Source of the DNA: Tubulanus polymorphus
Lineage: Eukaryota; Animalia; Nemertea
Assembly (NCBI RefSeq): GCF_964204645.1
Contig: NC_134028.1
Location: 13,771,653-13,835,652, forward strand
Direction: 5' to 3'
DNA: 64,000 bases
Position 1 is the stretch's first letter. Every line of letters begins with the position of its first letter. Both the position numbers and the translations under genes were made by a program. The notes below the pieces were generated by a model that was given only the letters and a program-made list of their open reading frames with translations, was not told where the DNA came from and made no database searches. Below, piece by piece: positions 61,159-64,000 of this stretch.

Positions 61159-61308
61159 AGTAATAGGGTATATCTTGTTTCATACCAAAGATCGAAGGGT
61201 CGAGCTCATAAAAAATAAAAATAAATTCTCACACGCTCGAATTTATTTTTATATTTTACTCACTCGCCCCTTCAACCTTTGATATGAAACAAGATATACC
61301 CTATTACT
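61159..61308. repeat. 150-bp hairpin AGTAATAGGG...CCCTATTACT (H7)
   Basis: Near-perfect outer arms; loop TCACACGCTC. Confidence 0.92.
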
Positions 61309-64000
61309 CTGATAATATTCATATATATGAACATTATATAAATGAATATCATATTATATGAAATAAATTTTAATAAAAGATTTGTTATCAAAATGGACAG
61401 TAAACAAATACACAGTGAATTCTTAAATAGAATTAAAGATAGTACAAATGTCAAATCTGTGGATTATGAATTCAAAAAGTTAAATGAATTAACATTACAT
61501 AAGAAATATGTAATTACAAATACTGAAACAGTTACTAACAAATATGGAGCTAAATTAGTTATTCACCAGATAGATTTCATAGATTATCTAGTGAAGATAT
61601 TGAAGAATTATATTCAGGTGATTTCTATTTCATATATAAAGGTTAGAATGAAAAAGGGCACCACGATATAGATTTCGAACAAAAATAAATGGTAGAATTA
61701 AAAGAATATAGAATATTTGTTGATTCAAGAAGACTTACAAATTATAAATCACATAATTTACTAGTACAATTAGATTAGGAAATTTAAGAATTGTGTAGAT
61801 TTAGAATTAGTAAATGTTAGTTTATGTAATTCTTGTTATAATATATCGGATAAAACTATTGAACATAGAGTCTTTTTAATTGACGATAGAAATAAGAATA
61901 GATGGTTTCATCTTTATCTTAAACCAGGATTATATAATTTGAAAACATTAGCTCAAGAATTAAATAAAAGAGTACGCTCAAAAATGGGTGCATCTGCTGG
62001 ATCTGGATTTAGACTTAGTAAAGGTGATAGCTCTGGTAAAATAAGAATAAAATTAGGCAAAGAAGATCAACATCAATTTCTAGTTAAAAAACGTTTAGCT
62101 AAAATTTTAGGAATAACTCCAGATGTAAGGATACGTAATTTTGATGCTACATCAAACTTAATACCTTTTACACACTTTTATATTTATTGCAATTTAATTG
62201 ATCCTACAAAGACATTTGAACCAACTAAAGATACAATTTGTAATTCTGGTTTATTGAATATTGTGCCACTGAATAATGTTAAAGAATTTGGAACGCAAAT
62301 AAACTATAATTTAGCTGAGTGTGACTTTAAGCATTGTATTTTACACTTTAATAATTTGAGATTAGAAATTAGAAATCACAGTGGATACTTAATTGATATA
62401 AATAACTTTCCTTTCATATATGAATTAGTTATAAGTTGTAAATAGTAATTAAATTATAGTAAAACAGTAGGGCCGAGTATATCTTTTTGGGGTTGATTTT
62501 AAACATCGTAAAGAAATGAGAATAAAACTAAATGATGTTATTACTGATATTAAACGTAAGTAATTTAATAATGCATCAATGATTAATAAAGAAAATTGTA
62601 ATATAGAAAAAGTAATTGATTTAATTAAAACATCTTTAGAATATTATGAATTAAATGAAGATGGAATTATCGATGATATTAAAAATAATATTATCTAAAA
62701 TATATGATAATCATAAAAGTAGTGATGAAATAAATGTTGAAATAATTATAGATAAGATAACTTAATATTTTGGAGATGGTATTTTTTTTTATTAATAAAC
62801 GAGTGATAATTAGTGGATAATTACTGGATTATAAAATGCAGCATTACTATCAGTGGGAACTATTGGTTATACAATGGTATTAGAAAAATTATTTAAAATG
62901 GGAAGTATTAATGTTGCTAAATTTGATATAAATGATATTCTAAAATTAACATTAGCAGTAACTTTATCTATTCTAAAATTGATTATTTGGAAAAACAAAA
63001 ATATATTCCTCCTATAAATGCAAAATTTTTGTTAAATAAATGGCATCTGCAATTATAACTATTATAGGATCGGCTATTGTTAACGCTTTAGCATTTACTG
63101 GTGGTGGTTATTTATTTAAACATATTGATAAAAACGGTTCATTATCAGAACAAAAAAGACATAACTTAGCATTAGAAAAATATAATAAAGCAGCAGAAGA
63201 ATATAGAGAAAAAAAGACAAAATTATATGGATTATATTAACAAAGAATTAATATATAATCAGAAAATTTCACATAGAGATTTTTCAATCAGTCGACGATG
63301 CTATGAGTTTATACAACGCAGTAACAAATAAAGAAAAATTACATATATATATAAACCTAAATTATAAGATTATTATACACCAAGTAATGAACAACAGAAA
63401 TATGAAATAATATGGATTTTAGGTGGAACTGTTACTGTAATATTTGTAGCATATATATTTATAGATTAGTAATTTTTTTGCTAAATATATGGATGATAAA
63501 GTTGATAATATTGATATCATTCCTCATGATATAAATAAAACTAAATTGAAAACATATTTGGAAAAACAAATATTAGAATTTGAAAATGATTTAAAAGTTA
63601 AAAACAAAAAATATTTAAACCTAAAATTATATATTATTTTATTATTAGTGGTTCAGTTGCAATTAGTTATGTAATAACATTTCTAGCGATATTCGGTCCA
63701 TTAACACCTTTAGCTATATCAATTGGCGTGCTAGGTTTAAGTTCAAGTGTTTTAACTAAGTTCAAAAAAAATATGAAAAGTAATAAATAAATAATTAAAT
63801 CTAATATAAAAGAAATTAATAAATTAAAAAAAATACACTAGATTATATTATTAGTATAAATGGTAATATTACAATTGAAGAACAAGATAAATTATTAAAA
63901 GAATTAATTAATCATTAATTTTCTTATTATATTAATCGGGTTTCCAAAAGCTTTCCAATATAATTAATCCATTAAATATAACATTCCTGCAATAGATTTT
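61309..64000 (+). mobile_element. Decayed Polinton block lacking polB: 113-aa gene, mCP, 98-, 73-, 140- and 144-aa genes, start of the 433-aa gene
   Basis: Colinear with the reverse complement of 22200-24891; frameshifted ORFs. Confidence 0.92.

Overview
Eukaryotic (metazoan, intron-containing) repeat-dense DNA; no prokaryotic operons, rRNA, tRNA or CRISPR were seen. (1) 1-13940: a very young array of a Penelope-like (Neptune-type RT) retroelement. One inverted 5'-truncated copy is joined head-to-head to about 3.6 near-identical 3341-bp tandem units. The 622-aa RT is intact but has no GIY-YIG endonuclease, and the unit has no hammerhead ribozyme; instead it ends in a duplicated structured RNA module with covarying stems. 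(2) 14169-29206: a nearly complete Polinton/Maverick-type endogenous virus with integrase, packaging ATPase, major and minor capsid, pPolB and several membrane proteins, but no recognisable maturation protease. (3) 29.2-38.5 kb: a spliced, partly decayed homeodomain/GTF2I-repeat/chromodomain gene plus MITEs. (4) 38.5-64 kb: six further decayed blocks of the same Polinton family, MITEs, an orphan PLE-type hammerhead ribozyme and four exons of a dual oxidase (DUOX) gene. Highlights are a decayed giant-virus-type LAGLIDADG intein at the catalytic YxD|TDS site of a Polinton polymerase, the endonuclease-less and hammerhead-less PLE with a possibly new 3' RNA structure, and a family of AGTAAT...ATTACT hairpins at the edges of the Polinton blocks. 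All family calls come from recognising motifs by eye; no database searches were run.
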